Origin: Podarcis liolepis
Taxonomy: Eukaryota
Length of the DNA stretch: 64,000 nt
Assembly: GCA_965112155.1 (NCBI GenBank)
Contig: OZ218103.1
Direction: 5' to 3' (one strand)
The position numbers and the translations under genes were made by a program. The notes under the pieces were generated by a model. That model saw nothing but the letters and a program-made list of their open reading frames with translations, searched no databases and was not told the DNA's origin. This document shows, one piece after another, positions 47,264-61,026 of this stretch (within the stretch, counting starts at the first letter, position 1; each line of letters begins with the position of its first letter).

Positions 47264-50200
47264 CCAGCTGAATCAACAGGTGGCAAATGGACTCTTACCA
47301 ATCTAGACTACACTTCAGGGAAAGGGTGTTGCATTTTTTTAAAAAATGCTCCCAACATACATGTTGAAGAATTTTATAACATATCAGGACTGAGAGGAGG
47401 CCAGGCTGAACTACCCTCAATGGAAATAGCAGTTTTCTAAATAGATGGTTATTTTCTATAATGGAATATTCAATAACAAAATTTGAAGCAGTGGTGTGTA
47501 AGAAAGGTCTTACCATTTGCGTCTACTGATTGTACAACGGGCAATCAGATTGTACAACTGCCAAACATAGGCTTAAATAATTATTTAGATAAAGTTTCAG
47601 TGCTTCAGGCCAAAATTAGGAAGATGCGGGCAGTAGCTGAAAGCAACAGCTCCATACCCTTTTTCCTTTTCCCCAACCCCACCCATAACATATAAGGATA
47701 CTCATTGTGATTATGTTACAAACCACTAGATATTGAAGGGGAGAATTGGCTTTGGCAACAGCTCTGCATTAGCTGTAGAGTCTAGTTCCAGCCTCAGAAA
47801 GGAATTTGCTATGCTACAAAGTTGAACTGCAAACATTGATTCTGGAGCATAGATTTCCAAGTGTTTACTTATACTTCCATGTGGCACACGATAACGAGAA
47901 GGGAAATGTACCTGCTGAAAGAATACAAAGTATGCACACATATAAAGATCTAAATGAGTCTCTCTCACTCTACATTAACATCCTTTAAATTCTGAAAATC
48001 CCCCCATTGTGGAGGGGTGTTTCTTGATACCGGGCGTGATAGTAACTTCCTGGACCATAATGATAAAAATCAGGAAAGCTGGCAATCCTAGAACTGTTGC
48101 ATAATCAGGTATAGCAATCCATTTTTGTTTGTTTGTTTGTTTCGGAAACAATACAGAAACTGGTTTTGGAGCGCAACATACGAATTTATCCATAAATAAA
48201 ATTAATTAAACTACGTGCCCAAAAAGCCTTCAGTGAACTATCAAAAGCTCAGCAGAGGCAACCCATCACACAAATTTATACACAAAAAGCAGATGAGAAA
48301 CATAATCTACAAGTCTTCAATTAGAAAGATATATGCCTGGCGTACTGACAACACAGCTCTGAAGCTGGAATGCAGAGACAAAAGAAAGCATCAAAGATGA
48401 AGACCCTTTCACAGGAATTTGCAGATTTTACTTCTGTGGCAAGGGGTCCCTGCATGCCAGTAAAGGAGATTGATTGATTGACTGATTGGCAGGGCGTCCA
48501 CTGAAACATAACAAAGCAGAACTCTCATCCTTTGGGCTGTGATGCTTGAGTTTGGGGAAGATGACTTCATACCTCTTCCTCTTTCCTCCTTCAGCTGGAG
48601 AGATGATGACTTCTTGAAGAGTGGGTTTCTGCAGCTGTTTTTATTTCATTTTTCCTTGCAGGGATATATTGTCACAAAAATCACTGCAATTCTTCCACTA
48701 TTTTCTCTCTCTCTTATAAACTGAATTCCAAATGGTGAAAGAAATGCATTGCTTTCATATTAATTCCCTTTACCGCATAAAACCCTTCCCATATGAATCA
48801 GCTCTGCCTCTTTCATGAATGTTTATTTCACTTCACAAATTTCATGTAAACTCATTCTAAGGCTTCTGGCTTGATGGAACATGAGCAATACCTGACAAGT
48901 GAATAAGACGCAGTATAATTTCTCATCAAAAGGGAGAAATGAAAGGGCAAAAGAATCACGAACCAGAGAGTTTTTAAGTATACTTAATCCTTCTAAAAGG
49001 CAACAGGATGATATTGGTAGCATTTTCCAGTTTACATTTCTTGGATTCCCTACATGGTTCAATAGTTTCAGAGATTCTTTCCTTATTACTCAGCTACCCG
49101 ATCTTTCTTCCTTCCTTCTATGACACCTCAGCAACTAGACAGAATTAGCATTGGAGAATAGTGGCCTTAACCAGGAAGTTGATAAAATACTCAGACCGTA
49201 TGTCAGCCCTTGGAGAGTTCCTAGCGCTACTTGAGCTAGATAGTATCTCCATACTTTGAAATGACATAACAGGTTTCAAGACAATGCAATTGTCTATATT
49301 CTTTGTGTGTGTGGTGAAAAAACATATGACTAAGGCCTTAAGCGTGTTGCAGAATTTACCATAAGAAATATTTCTTTCAGCTGAATTCCATAGTAAACAG
49401 TCACACAATTAAAAGTTAGAAAAATCATCCAAGATATTCATCGTTCCGAGCACAACAACCTGAAAGCTTAGACAGAGTAGTCATGGCAGCCTGTTGGAAG
49501 ACAACTCTCTTCCTTATTCGAAGGAATACACCACAGTAAAAAACCAAAGCAAAACTTCTGCAGCTAGAACTCCCGCAATCTCTTTCTCACTACCGAAACT
49601 TCCCAGGAAGTTCACTGTTGGCTCTCAGAAGCACTCTGATCAAACGAAAATTCAAAACAAAAAAAAACACATGAAAAGTAAAGCAATATTGGTGAAGGTG
49701 AGATGAAGAAGAAATTTGTTAACATCATTTGTTAAGGCCGACTGTACGGGTGTCAGAACATTAAGTTTGAGATTCACATGAACACGTGGATTATTCTTAG
49801 AACAAGATTGATATAAGATTTATTTATGAGCTATCTGCCTATCCAGTGGATAAACAAAGAGACCATTGTCTCAGCTTCTAGGATACACTAGGATAAACTT
49901 ACTAGTGGTTTAAGCCTTGCTGAAATTCAAGACTATCAGAATGAAATCCCCCTGAGAACCCTCCTCTGCAGTAACACTTTTTCCCTAGGTGCCACCCGCC
50001 GTTTGCAATAGATTCTGCTCACGATTCTCTTCTAATGCACTTCCATGGCATGAGCAGCAACACAATACTGTGGAATAATAAAACACAGTACATTTCACAC
50101 TGCAGCTGGTACTCTAAAAAGGACTACACAGGAGCCCAGGTTCATGGTGTTATCAAATTTCTTTTGTTTTAGTTACCTATAATAGGGATTTCTGGAAGAG

Positions 50201-51803
50201 AGAAGACAAGAGAAATGGAAGGCAAAGGTAGAAGGGGAGGAAGAAGGAGAAGAAAAAAGAGACACAGAACAAAAGAGAAAAAGTCAGGGATGAATAAAAC
50301 CGAGGCTGATTTCTGCATTACTCTTAATGAGCACAGACGTCAGAACCAATGTCAGCTATAGATGTTCATTAGAGGCCTTTGCAACATGAGTATTGTGGCC
50401 AATGTAGATTTCACATTTACATTAAAAATGGATTGAAGCAAGAACTAATATAAGCCTCATGCGTGATGGCACGCTATGTAAATTTCAATCCCAACAGATG
50501 CCTTCAGCAAAGCACAAAAGCAACCCACCTAGCACAGGCGCAAAGATCTTGCTTTAATGAGAAAGCATCCCAAAATTCAAGGGGAAATGACTAGAGGCCA
50601 CCGAAGTGTAACAGTCTGATTTGAGGGCGTGAAATCCATCTTAATGCATCCCCAGTTAAAGGCATTGGTATTACTCTGAGCCCTTTATGTCCCAGCTATC
50701 GCTCAAGCCTGAGGTTATAGAAGTTACATGGCAGAAGTTACACGGCAGTCACATGTAGTCCTTTTGTAAAGAAAAACAGCTGTGGATATCTTCAAGTCCA
50801 AGTGGAGGAATAAGCAGGGGAGGGGTTGCTAAAGCCTTTCACATCTAACCATTCCCCTCCCCAAATCCTCCTCAAGCTCCTTTTTTACACACGGGAGAAA
50901 ATATACAGTACCATAACTTTTCCCCAGTAGGTAGAAAAGATGCTTGAAGACCAATATTTAGTTAAAAAGTGGTCAGGAGGGAGAAGAGATAATTAGCCCC
51001 TTCCTTCTGCCATATCTCTTTTCTAACATGAAGATAACCCATAGCTTTGTTGTTATTTCTAAAGGTTATTTTTTTTGGCCATGAATACCTGGGATGGAAG
51101 ATAGGCAGATCAATGGGGAAAGAAGACGAGAAAGCCCTTATGGGAACAAATTTGAAATTCCCGTGACAAAGTCAACATCAGCAGAAGCAAAGAGTTGGAC
51201 CATCAGCCCCTAACCCCTGTATTACATTGGGGTACAAGGTAGGCAGTCATCAGCATACTGCTGGACACAATACAACAATAAAGCTGGCTTGTGTGAAGGG
51301 AGGCTAGATTCTAAAAGTTATACTTTGTCTAGCACCTGTCCGCATGTGCCATTAAGGGGACTTGACTTGCTTCATCCATTTGGAATCCTGCACCTAAAGC
51401 ATGCCTTGGGAGTGAAATGTACACAATATGCACCTGAGCACTCTATAAAGTAGCATTTAAGACCTGGGTCATAAGGTTTGTGTCAGTTAAAAGTAATGTT
51501 AGATGTGGCCCCCTACGTCTGCTTTCTAGATCAGTTTCACACCAACTATATAAACCACTAATCGTCATAATGGTCTTCGGTTAAGTCCAGACAAACATGC
51601 AGCAGAGTCCTTTTACATCAGAAAAAAAGCAGATATATATATACACACACACCTTAATTACCACCTGAAAGGGCACCATTGTAAACAAAGGTTAGTAGCA
51701 CAGTGGTACAGTAGATTGTCAAGGGAACCAATAAAAAGTGGGTACAGATTCGTCTGCCTTGCATGTACGTTATTGCCAGTTACATGGGAGGAAGTCTGTA
51801 AAC

Positions 51804-51920
<117 letters not shown>

Positions 51921-52849
51921 CTATGGGGGAGGGAAGAAACAAGAGGGAAATGGTGTTATATTTGCGAATTTCTTACTTTCACAGAAACGGTTTCTAAGTA
52001 TTTAAAGAAGAGGTTGCGCTACTAAAATTGTGCTTTGGTTCCATATTCACTTATGCCTCCCCCCCCCCCCGCTGTTCTGACTTGGAAATCTCTCTCTCAC
52101 ACACACACACACAAGTCTACAGCTCCCAAATCACACTGGGAGCACATATTTCAGTCTGACGAGGGCTAAAAAGAGGCCTTTAGGGGGAGCGCTTTCTGGA
52201 GGCCTGGTTAAAAACCTCTCTCGGTCCAACGAATTGTTAAAACTGGAAAGGGGATACAGGGAAATGATTCATCGGAGCAAAAAATGCAAGTGCACTAATG
52301 GCGCGAACCAAGGAAAGACCTGCACAACTATCAGGTGGTTAAAAATCGCAGCATGTGTCGGCATCACTTATAGAACTGATTAAACCAAACAGTACTACAG
52401 TAGCAGCAAGTATCCCAAACCTGCACCCTGAATCCTTTACAGAGCAGAGATGATGGAAAACTTAAAAGCGCTACAAAGGATCGACTTAAGCATCAGGAAC
52501 TGTAACCAGGTCTCCTAGGCTTGAGGTATGAAAACACATATGAATGATACAAAAATGCTCTGCACTCAGGTACATCCTTGAAAATCGCAACCTTTGTGCC
52601 ATCACCTGGAGCAGCTAAGAAAAGCTGTTGGAATTCACAGCACAAGACCCATTGCTTAATTTTTTTTGCTAGCACCATGCACATAAAACTTTCACCTTTC
52701 CACTCCTTTTTCCCTCTTTAACGCACAGTGCAAGGGGGAGTGGAAATGGCTAGTATTTGAAGGCACGGCTAAAGTAACGTTCCGCACCTTCCCTTACACA
52801 GCCACTATTAGTTTAGCATTGATCGGCACCTTATAAGAAGAAGCTTTTA

Positions 52850-53014
<165 letters not shown>

Positions 53015-54316
53015 TTATGGAAAGTTAAGGTGGAGACCTTTAGAGCAGGATTTCATCAGCTGTAAGGGGGGGGGCTCTTCTGGGGGAGGGGGTTACAAGA
53101 AATAATTGCACCAAGGTACTGTTTCCGCAGAGAGGTCTCTAATGCATACCACGCACTTCCAAGTCCCAAACGTATTAGCACAAAGCAAAGTCACAATGAA
53201 TTCCATTTGTACAATTTAGGACTGCATACTTTCCAAGATGGCAGAAGGATTTCTTAAAGCAAGTCTCTGAAAGTAAAGCCTGCTATTGTCTCTTGTGCAT
53301 TTCCATCAGTTTCTAGGAAAGAGCTATGGCATTTACAGGGCAAGTCTGCTGTACGTGTTTACTCAGAAGTAAACCAGCTGAGTTCAGTGAGATTTACCAG
53401 TAGCTAAGTGTGTATAGGATTGCAGTTGACAATAGCACATGCCCTCTATGGAAGTTTCAACCCTCAATTTCAGTTACTCAGAATGAAGTGATAAACAAAG
53501 CTGGATTGTTTCACTTCAGACTGTAGGCAGAAGCAGTGATACTGTACTTTTGATTGCTTGACCACTATAGGATAGGGAACATTGAACTAGATGATCTTTG
53601 CAAGATTCATGCTCTTCTATGCATTTGGCACCAATTAAATAGATAAATCTCAAGATCAAACAGGTGGCAGGAGGATGAGTTCTTTTGCAAATACTGTTCC
53701 TTTGCACAATATTTGGATTACCTTGATTGAGAATTAATTTAGTTTGTGCTAGATCTGTTCATAGTAAACCTGTCTAGGTTCCATTTAAGGTATATAATTT
53801 ATCGTAGCATCATTTTCCTGGTATCAGTGCAAAAAGAACCTACAATTGGATATGATCTGACACAAATTGGGTGCCTCACTCTTGAAGGGAAAAGGAAGAT
53901 AAATCCCTGCTATTGTACTTTTTTATGGAAGCAGTTGCTCAGCTCTCAGGAATGTATTTTGAGTCGGTTGCAAACAATCATTTAAACAGAAGGCACAGAA
54001 ACCAAACACCTTTTGATTTTGTTTACAGTATGCAACGAATCCTTGGAATATGTAACCTTATACTGAGCGATACTTTCTGAGAGATGTAAGACCCCCAAGT
54101 GAAACAGCAAATTAAACCAAGACCAAACTCTGGAATAACAGAAGGCATTTGGAAATCACATAGTAGATTACAAAACCAAAGATGTGAACCAAACACAAAT
54201 ATAGAAACAGCAATCTCTTGTGTTGTATACTATCCCATAGTTTGTGCACATAGTGTCTGTGGAAGAATATCAAACGAACCATTTTAAGCTCTTTTATTTA
54301 CCTTAATAGTCTAAGT

Positions 54317-55001
54317 CTGAGGTCTTTAACCTTTTTGAGTCCACTGATCCCTTGCCCAACTGCATTCTTTCTTCGGCACCCCTGTGGGGCTCAGGAGCTC
54401 AGATATGTCACCCCCTGCTTGCAGAGCTGGCAGCCTCTTACCCTTTTTATAAACACTCTCCTTTGAGGAGTGTTCCCTCAGCCTCTTCTCCTTGAGAGTC
54501 CTCCGGGCAGCCACTGCTGCCGCCCCTGGTCTCTGAGCTGCCCCCCTGCCACAAAGAGAGGTGCCTCCTCACACTGCCCCACAGGGGCCTGGGACTTTTC
54601 TGTCCATTCCCAACAGCAAGGGCTGGTGGACTGGCTGGCTGGGCTCCCTCGCCTGCTTGCTTACTCTGAGGTCACCTCTGCTCCTGGCAACCAGCACCCC
54701 CTGGCCAGCCCCAGAGGCACCATTTGCCTGGGGAGCTTGTAGCAGGGCTGCTGCAACAAACAGCTGTGCAAGCCTTTGGGAGGCAGAGANNNNNNNNNNN
54801 NNNNNNNNNNNNNNNNNNNNNNNNNNNNNNNNNNNNNNNNNNNNNNNNNNNNNNNNNNNNNNNNNNNNNNNNNNNNNNNNNNNNNNNNNNNNNNNNNNNN
54901 NNNNNNNNNNNNNNNNNNNNNNNNNNNNNNNNGCCTGTGGCACCCCTGACCATCATTCAAGGCACCCCAGGGTGCCACAACACATTGGTTGAAAACCACT
55001 G
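54317..55001. mobile_element. hAT non-autonomous element spanning the second assembly gap
   Basis: 8-bp TSD gtctaagt (54309-54316 / 55002-55009) and degenerate TIR ...gttgaaaaccactg. Confidence 0.7.
54790..54932. other. Assembly gap (N run)
   Basis: Run of n. Confidence 1.
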
Positions 55002-56291
55002 GTCTAAGTAACTAACATTTAAAAAGAGGGTATAAGGATGGACCCACAGCTGTGATTTGAGGAGTCACATAGGGACAATGGAATCTGACTTATACCAGAT
55101 CACATTATTTCTCCATCCATACCCTGCGGCATTCCTTAGATGAAAATAGGGCCAATAGAAAAAGAAAGAGCCAAAACACTTTAGAATGACTAAATAGTAG
55201 TGTTTTGTCTCTAATGTGACAACCTACAGGTCTATGCAAAAGGAGTCATAGCCATGTGGTGCAGGGATGGCTCTGCATTTGAAGTCAACAATGAGCCAAC
55301 TCCCATCAGCTTGACTGGGAATCAAACCAGCAATTTAAAGCATTATTGGAGAATCTCTCTCTCTGTGTGTGTGTGAGTGTAATAGCTATTAATATTTATA
55401 TTCATATAGTCTCAGAATACTTTTTGCATGTGACCCTTTATACAAGGAAGTTTAAAAGATGCATGCATGTTCTTCAACACCATTAAGTGTGGGGGACAGG
55501 AAAGTCAGCACGGTCTCTGGCAAGAGGTTTCCCTCAGCCATACTGCCCACCTGCACACAAGCCCACCTGCATCTATTCCTTGCTCGTCTATTATTTGCCA
55601 AGATTGGGCTGCATGCAGGACATGTATGCTCTTGAGGTATACATGACTTTTTCAAACTTGGAAATTCCAGGTGCAGTTGACTGCTCACAACTGGAGCCAA
55701 GGTACTGCTCTGTAAATTACATTTCCATTTTTTAAAGTTTTAGTCTATAAACCAGAGTGTCATCAAGATAAGGATCAAAGAAATTAACTTCTGAACATGT
55801 ACCAACATCGCTGCTGGCTTTGAGTGCCTAACCTAATGAATGTAAGACTTCATTTAAATTCCATGTAGACAAAGGATTTCAGGACAAGTGAGATCTTCTT
55901 GGAATACATCTGGGAACTGTGAGCTGGGAAAATGCATATTCAGAACCTTTATTTTTTTTCAAATTTCAGCAGTATCAGTGCTGCTGACAAAGTGCTCCAA
56001 ACGAGACATCTTCCACAATGTATTGATAGCACAGCAAATTGCAAATTTATGCAGATAACTGAGAGAACCGTCTGATGAAACGCTGTTTCGTGGTGCCCTA
56101 AAACTGCAAAACAAGTAGGATTTCATTCTGGGGCTACTAATGGGAAGAAGCTGCTCCATTTACCATTTAGATGCAAACCAGTTTTCACCACAATGCACCA
56201 AAAGGTCTTCCTAGAGCAAATGAAACCCTTCTCTTCCTAAACCTCTCTTTTAGCTAGCAGTTAAAAGATGGTAGTGATGGATTGGAAGAGT

Positions 56292-56458
56292 TACCTCGAG
56301 TTGAGAACTTTGCCCCAGGATGAGAACAGAAATCGTGTGCCAGCGGCACAGCGGCAGCAAGAAGCCCCATTAGCGAAAGCACACCTCTAGTTAAGAACAG
56401 TTTCAGGTTAAGAACGGACCTCTGGAATGAATTAAGTTCGTAACTAGAGGTACCACTG
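56292..56458. mobile_element. Partial Tigger-like MITE
   Basis: caggatgagaacagaaatcg...gaggtaccactg|ta, same family as 11542. Confidence 0.75.
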
Positions 56459-57139
56459 TATTTAACTCATTGCAAATGTCTGTATTATAGAAAAATTAAC
56501 ATCCATTTCGCCAGTGCGTGCTGTGTTTAAGATGTACTACAGGGGGAAACTTCATTATTGACAAAGATTAAAACAGTCACAAATTCAGTATGTGTGAATC
56601 TGGATTCCTGCCCAGAAACCTTTGCATGGCCATCTACACTACGAGCCTGGCATTTCCTTCATGCATAATTTTTCTGGGAAATCTGTCCTTCCTGTGCAGG
56701 GCAATTTTTGGTCCGCATTCTCCAAAGCCTGAGTCACGCTTTCCTGATGTCAAACAAAGAAATTTCCAAAGCCCCCAATCTCATTTTTTCCAGTTGTGTT
56801 TTACAAGGCATACTTTGCCAACTGAAGTCTAGGATAACAAGTAATGCAATTAAATGTGCCCAGCAAAGACCCTAAACAGACTGAGTATTCTTCATTCACA
56901 TGCTGTCATCCCAGCTCTCATTGTTCCATTGTGCCTCGAACCCCATTCCAGTCAAATCTCTGTTATTATTTTTTTATTTTTTAAATGAGACATCACATAT
57001 TTAGTTTGGTGTTCCTTTCAACTGCTGGAGACCTTATTTTAAACAGATGGTGTTCAGGGAAAGAGTGAATACGGAACAGCCAACTTAACATGTGGTAGAT
57101 ATGTGGAAGGCTTATTATGGGTGGCTAACCTTTACCAGC

Positions 57140-57497
57140 AGGGATGCGGGTGGCGCTGTGGGTTAAACCACAGAGCCTAGGACTTGCCGATCAGAAGGTC
57201 GGCGGTTCAAATCCCCGTGACGGGGTGAGCTCCCATTGCTCGGTCCCAGCTCCTGCCAACCTAGCAGTTCAAAAGCACGTCAAAGTGCAAGTAGATAAAT
57301 AGGTACCGCTCCAGCGGGAAGGTAAACGGTGTTTCCGTGCGCTGCTCTGGTTCGCCAGAAGCGGCTTAGTCAAGCTGGCCACATGACCCGGAAGCTGTAC
57401 ACCAACTCCCTCGGCCAATAAAGCGAGATGAGCGCCGCAACCCCAGATTCGGTCATGACTGGACCTAATGGTCAGGGGTACATTTACCTTTACCTAA
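57140..57497 (+). mobile_element. Full-length Sauria SINE
   Basis: gggatgcgggtggcgctgtggg head, ggttcaaatcc B box, tttacctttacc tail. Confidence 0.9.
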
Positions 57498-59135
57498 CCT
57501 TTCCCAGCAGGCTTCCATCACTCGCACCCACATGTGCATTCATCACACATACGGCAAATATACACTCACACCAGCACCATGCATGTTGCACACAACAAGC
57601 ACATATACAGCATGCACAATGACCACACATGCAGGCACAAGGCACTCTCTCTTTAGTGTACCTCACCACCACCACTGCTTCCCCACCCTCGCAAGAAAAT
57701 AGGTGCCAGAACTCACCATGAAGTTGTTACAGTAAGTCGCCAGGCTACTGGGGCAGCCCTGAAAACGTGCCGGTTTGACAACAGCTGCATTCACCGCCCA
57801 TGGAGGTGCTAAAAACTACAGAAAGCTGGTTTGGGGGTCGCCCCTGATTCTGGTGTAGGTCGAATAAATGCACTCCTTCCTCATTCGTTCTCTTAGATTC
57901 AGGCGGATGGCTAGGGCAGCTTTGAAGGGCCCTCGCGCAAACGTGCGTATGGGCAATGGTGGAGGCCTGGCCAAAAAGCTTAAAGCCTTCCACCACTACA
58001 TGGGAGATGGGTTGAAGAAAAGGAAATACAAATTGGCCCCGATCCATAGCTTTGCTAATCACAGCTAGGAGTTGCTGGCAGCTAGGTGGAGTAATAGATT
58101 TTAAAGAACACACTGGCCAGCTGCGATTTTGACTTGAAATGTTCATCTGGGGCTTCTCAGAAGTATGTAAAGGCACGAAGTGGGGGGGGGGGATGGAGTG
58201 CTGGCCTACAATGGCGCCAACCTGAGAGGTGCTGGAACTGCACTCTGGTGCGTTGCGGCTGAAAAAAAACCACAGGATACTCCCGCTATTATTTTACTTT
58301 GGCCTTTCAGTGGCAGTTAGGAATCTAACTGATAACCAGGCTGTAGATTTGCACTACTCTTGACACGGTGTCCCTGAGCTGCTCTGCTGCCTCTTCTGAT
58401 ATAACCTTGAAACAAGGCGGCACTGGGGGCATAGCTTCAGCCATTGCATAGGAACTCCTGCAGAAAGCAAAAAACATGTCCAGGAAATGGCTCAAACTGC
58501 TGTTGCATTCAAGAAATTTCGGAGAATGAACATCCTGTCTTTTGGAACACGAGCAGGGGAAGAGAAGGGAAGTTGGTCCTCAGAAAAGCAAAGGAAAGCA
58601 AACAAGAACAATAACAAGGGAAGCCAAGTTCCTATTTACGTAAGCCAAGCGGACAGCTTCCCCAGTCACAAGAGCTGGCAAGCTCCGGGTGGCCAGAGGT
58701 ACATGATTAGAGGAGTCCCAAACTTTTAACACACATTTGTTTACTAGCTTAATTTCTCTGCTAACTTTTCTTTGCTATGGTTAATTGCTGTACTCTCAGC
58801 ATTTCTGTGGTTAGCTGAACTCTTTCGCAATCACAGATTCGCCCAGTTTATTATGCAACTGCAGCAAAAGAGAGAGAGAAATCTGAAAAAAAGTTTCAAA
58901 AAATGTATAAGGGGACAGCGCTTCAGTGCCTGCTAGATGCTGGCGTAGCGAGGCAGCAACCCGGCTCACCCAGTAAAAATGGACCCCAAAGCCTGCCTAA
59001 AGTGACCTGCAGCTTAATAAACAATATCTCTTGCTTGCAGTAGAATAGTGGGGAAAGGCAGAACTGATAACATGAGGTTTCAGCATACTTTAAAAGCTGA
59101 AGGTTCTAGGAATGCTGAAAGCTCTGAAAACAGCA

Positions 59136-59400
59136 TCAGCCTTCATTAGCTGACTTAATTGTTTCAGGAGTTGTTGGAACTTTCAAATATTTTGATCCTA
59201 ATACTGTCCACCCAACCAAAAGTGTTGTACCGGTATATGTATGCTCTAGGGTTGCCCAATTCGGGAGATTAAGACCATCAGCAGGTCTCCAGTGTCCGAT
59301 AACTGCCAATACATAAGCATGATGGTATAAATTCCAGATCTGGAATTCCAAATCCGCCTTCCTTAATCTGTAATTGCATTTTCTGCAACAATATTCTTGG
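59136..59400 (-). mobile_element. Degenerate L1 ORF2 fragment
   Basis: Minus-strand pieces KMQLQIKEGGFGIPDL / LYHHAYVLAVI..W...W..LE match the post-RT region of L1. Confidence 0.55.
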
Positions 59401-59479
59401 TACATCTGAACCCCCAAAGACATTTCTTAAACAGGGAGTTCTCCTCCCAAGGAAGCCCCGATAACGTTGGCAATGCTGA

Positions 59480-59900
59480 CTAATGCAGCAAAGGGGGAGT
59501 TATTGCAACAACATTCATCGTTTAAAGAGGAACTTGAAAGATTGCTGGGTGACAACGCTAGACAACAAGCCAGACGATCTGAGCGAGTGTGTGGATTCAG
59601 TCAAAAGCAACACCACTGAAATAGTGGAGAAGGTTAACCTGGCAGGAGAACGAATTAAACAAAAAACCTAGAATAACTTCATTTGAATAATAAACTTAAG
59701 CTGGAGGAACACAGTAGTAGAGCAGGAGATCAAACCTGAGAATTCAAGGGGTGGAAGACAAATGGCTGACAATTCTCCAATAGCCCCAGGAGATGTGGAG
59801 CAGGTACACTACTGAGCCGTGGGCCCAAGAAGGTCCATGAGATGCTGTGTTGCGTTTTAGCAGGTTCTCAGAAAAGGTGCAGCTTGGTCTTGGAAGCCAG
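59480..59900 (+). mobile_element. Degenerate L1 ORF1-like fragment
   Basis: Pieces KLEEHSSR...NLRIQGVE...DVEQVH resemble L1 ORF1 (coiled-coil/RRM junction). Confidence 0.45.
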
Positions 59901-60629
59901 GTGGGCGAAGCCTAGAGAGCCTAATTATGCATGAGTGCCAGTAGTTCTCCACACTTGCACTAAACTTTGGCTTGTTATCTTGCACCTAATTGCCCTTCTT
60001 AGAAAAGCAAACCTCAAGTCAGGGTACACTGTGACTCTTGGTTATACATACTTATGTGTGTTCCATCAGTGTGTATGTCTTGCATACACATATGTAGACA
60101 AGGACACATTGTGCCGTCCTTGACTCTTTGTGGTTATACCCAATGCTAGTCCTATTCAGAGGAGACCCACGGAAGTTAATGAACATGACTACCTTAGGTT
60201 CACTCATTTCAACAGGTCTACTCTCAGCAGGACTAACATTGGATACAGCTCTCTATGTCTCGGGTTGTTGGGCTCGTACTCAATTGCCCTCAGCACCAGT
60301 GGTAAAATTATTAAATGGCTGCTGTGCTCTCTCCTACAGTCAGAATGCTCTTGAGAAATTGTGCTAATTTGCTCTTTACAGATATACTTGCAGCTAATTA
60401 GTGTTATTTCAATTACTTTGATATCCCATGACAAATGTCTCACTAGGAGAGTAATGTGTCAACTACAGCTATGCAATTAAGAACGATCAACATCTACTAT
60501 GCTGAAGTAGTAGAAAACTACCATTACTTCCAAAATTAACACAGCGATATGTTGGGAATACATATGAAACCCAGGATGAAAAGCATTTTCACCACATGCC
60601 GTTTAAAACAGCATTTCCAAACATTTCAG

Positions 60630-61026
60630 AGAACAATTCAAAGTGCTGGTGCTGACCTTTGAAGCCCTAAATGGCTTCAGCCCTGTATAGCTGAAGGAGT
60701 GTCTCCACCCCCATCATTCAGTCCGGACACAGAGGTCCAGCTCTGAGGGCCTTCTGGCGGTTCCCTCCCTGAGAGATGTGAGGTTATAGTCAGAGGACTT
60801 TCTCGGTAGTGGCACCCACCTTGTGGAACACCCTCCCATCAGATGTCAAGGAGATGAGTAACTATATAACCTTTAGAAGACATCTGAAGGCAGCCCCGTA
60901 TTGGGAAGTTTTTTAATATTTAATGTTTTATTATGTTTTTGTATATGCTGGAAGCTGCCCAGAGTGACTGGGGCAACTCAGTCCGATGGGCAGGTACAAA
61001 TAATAAAATTATTATTATTATTATTA
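60630..61026 (+). mobile_element. L2 LINE 3' portion
   Basis: caattcaaagtgctggtgctgacctttgaagccctaaatggc (FKVLVLTF.ALNG) through to a (tta)n tail. Confidence 0.8.
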
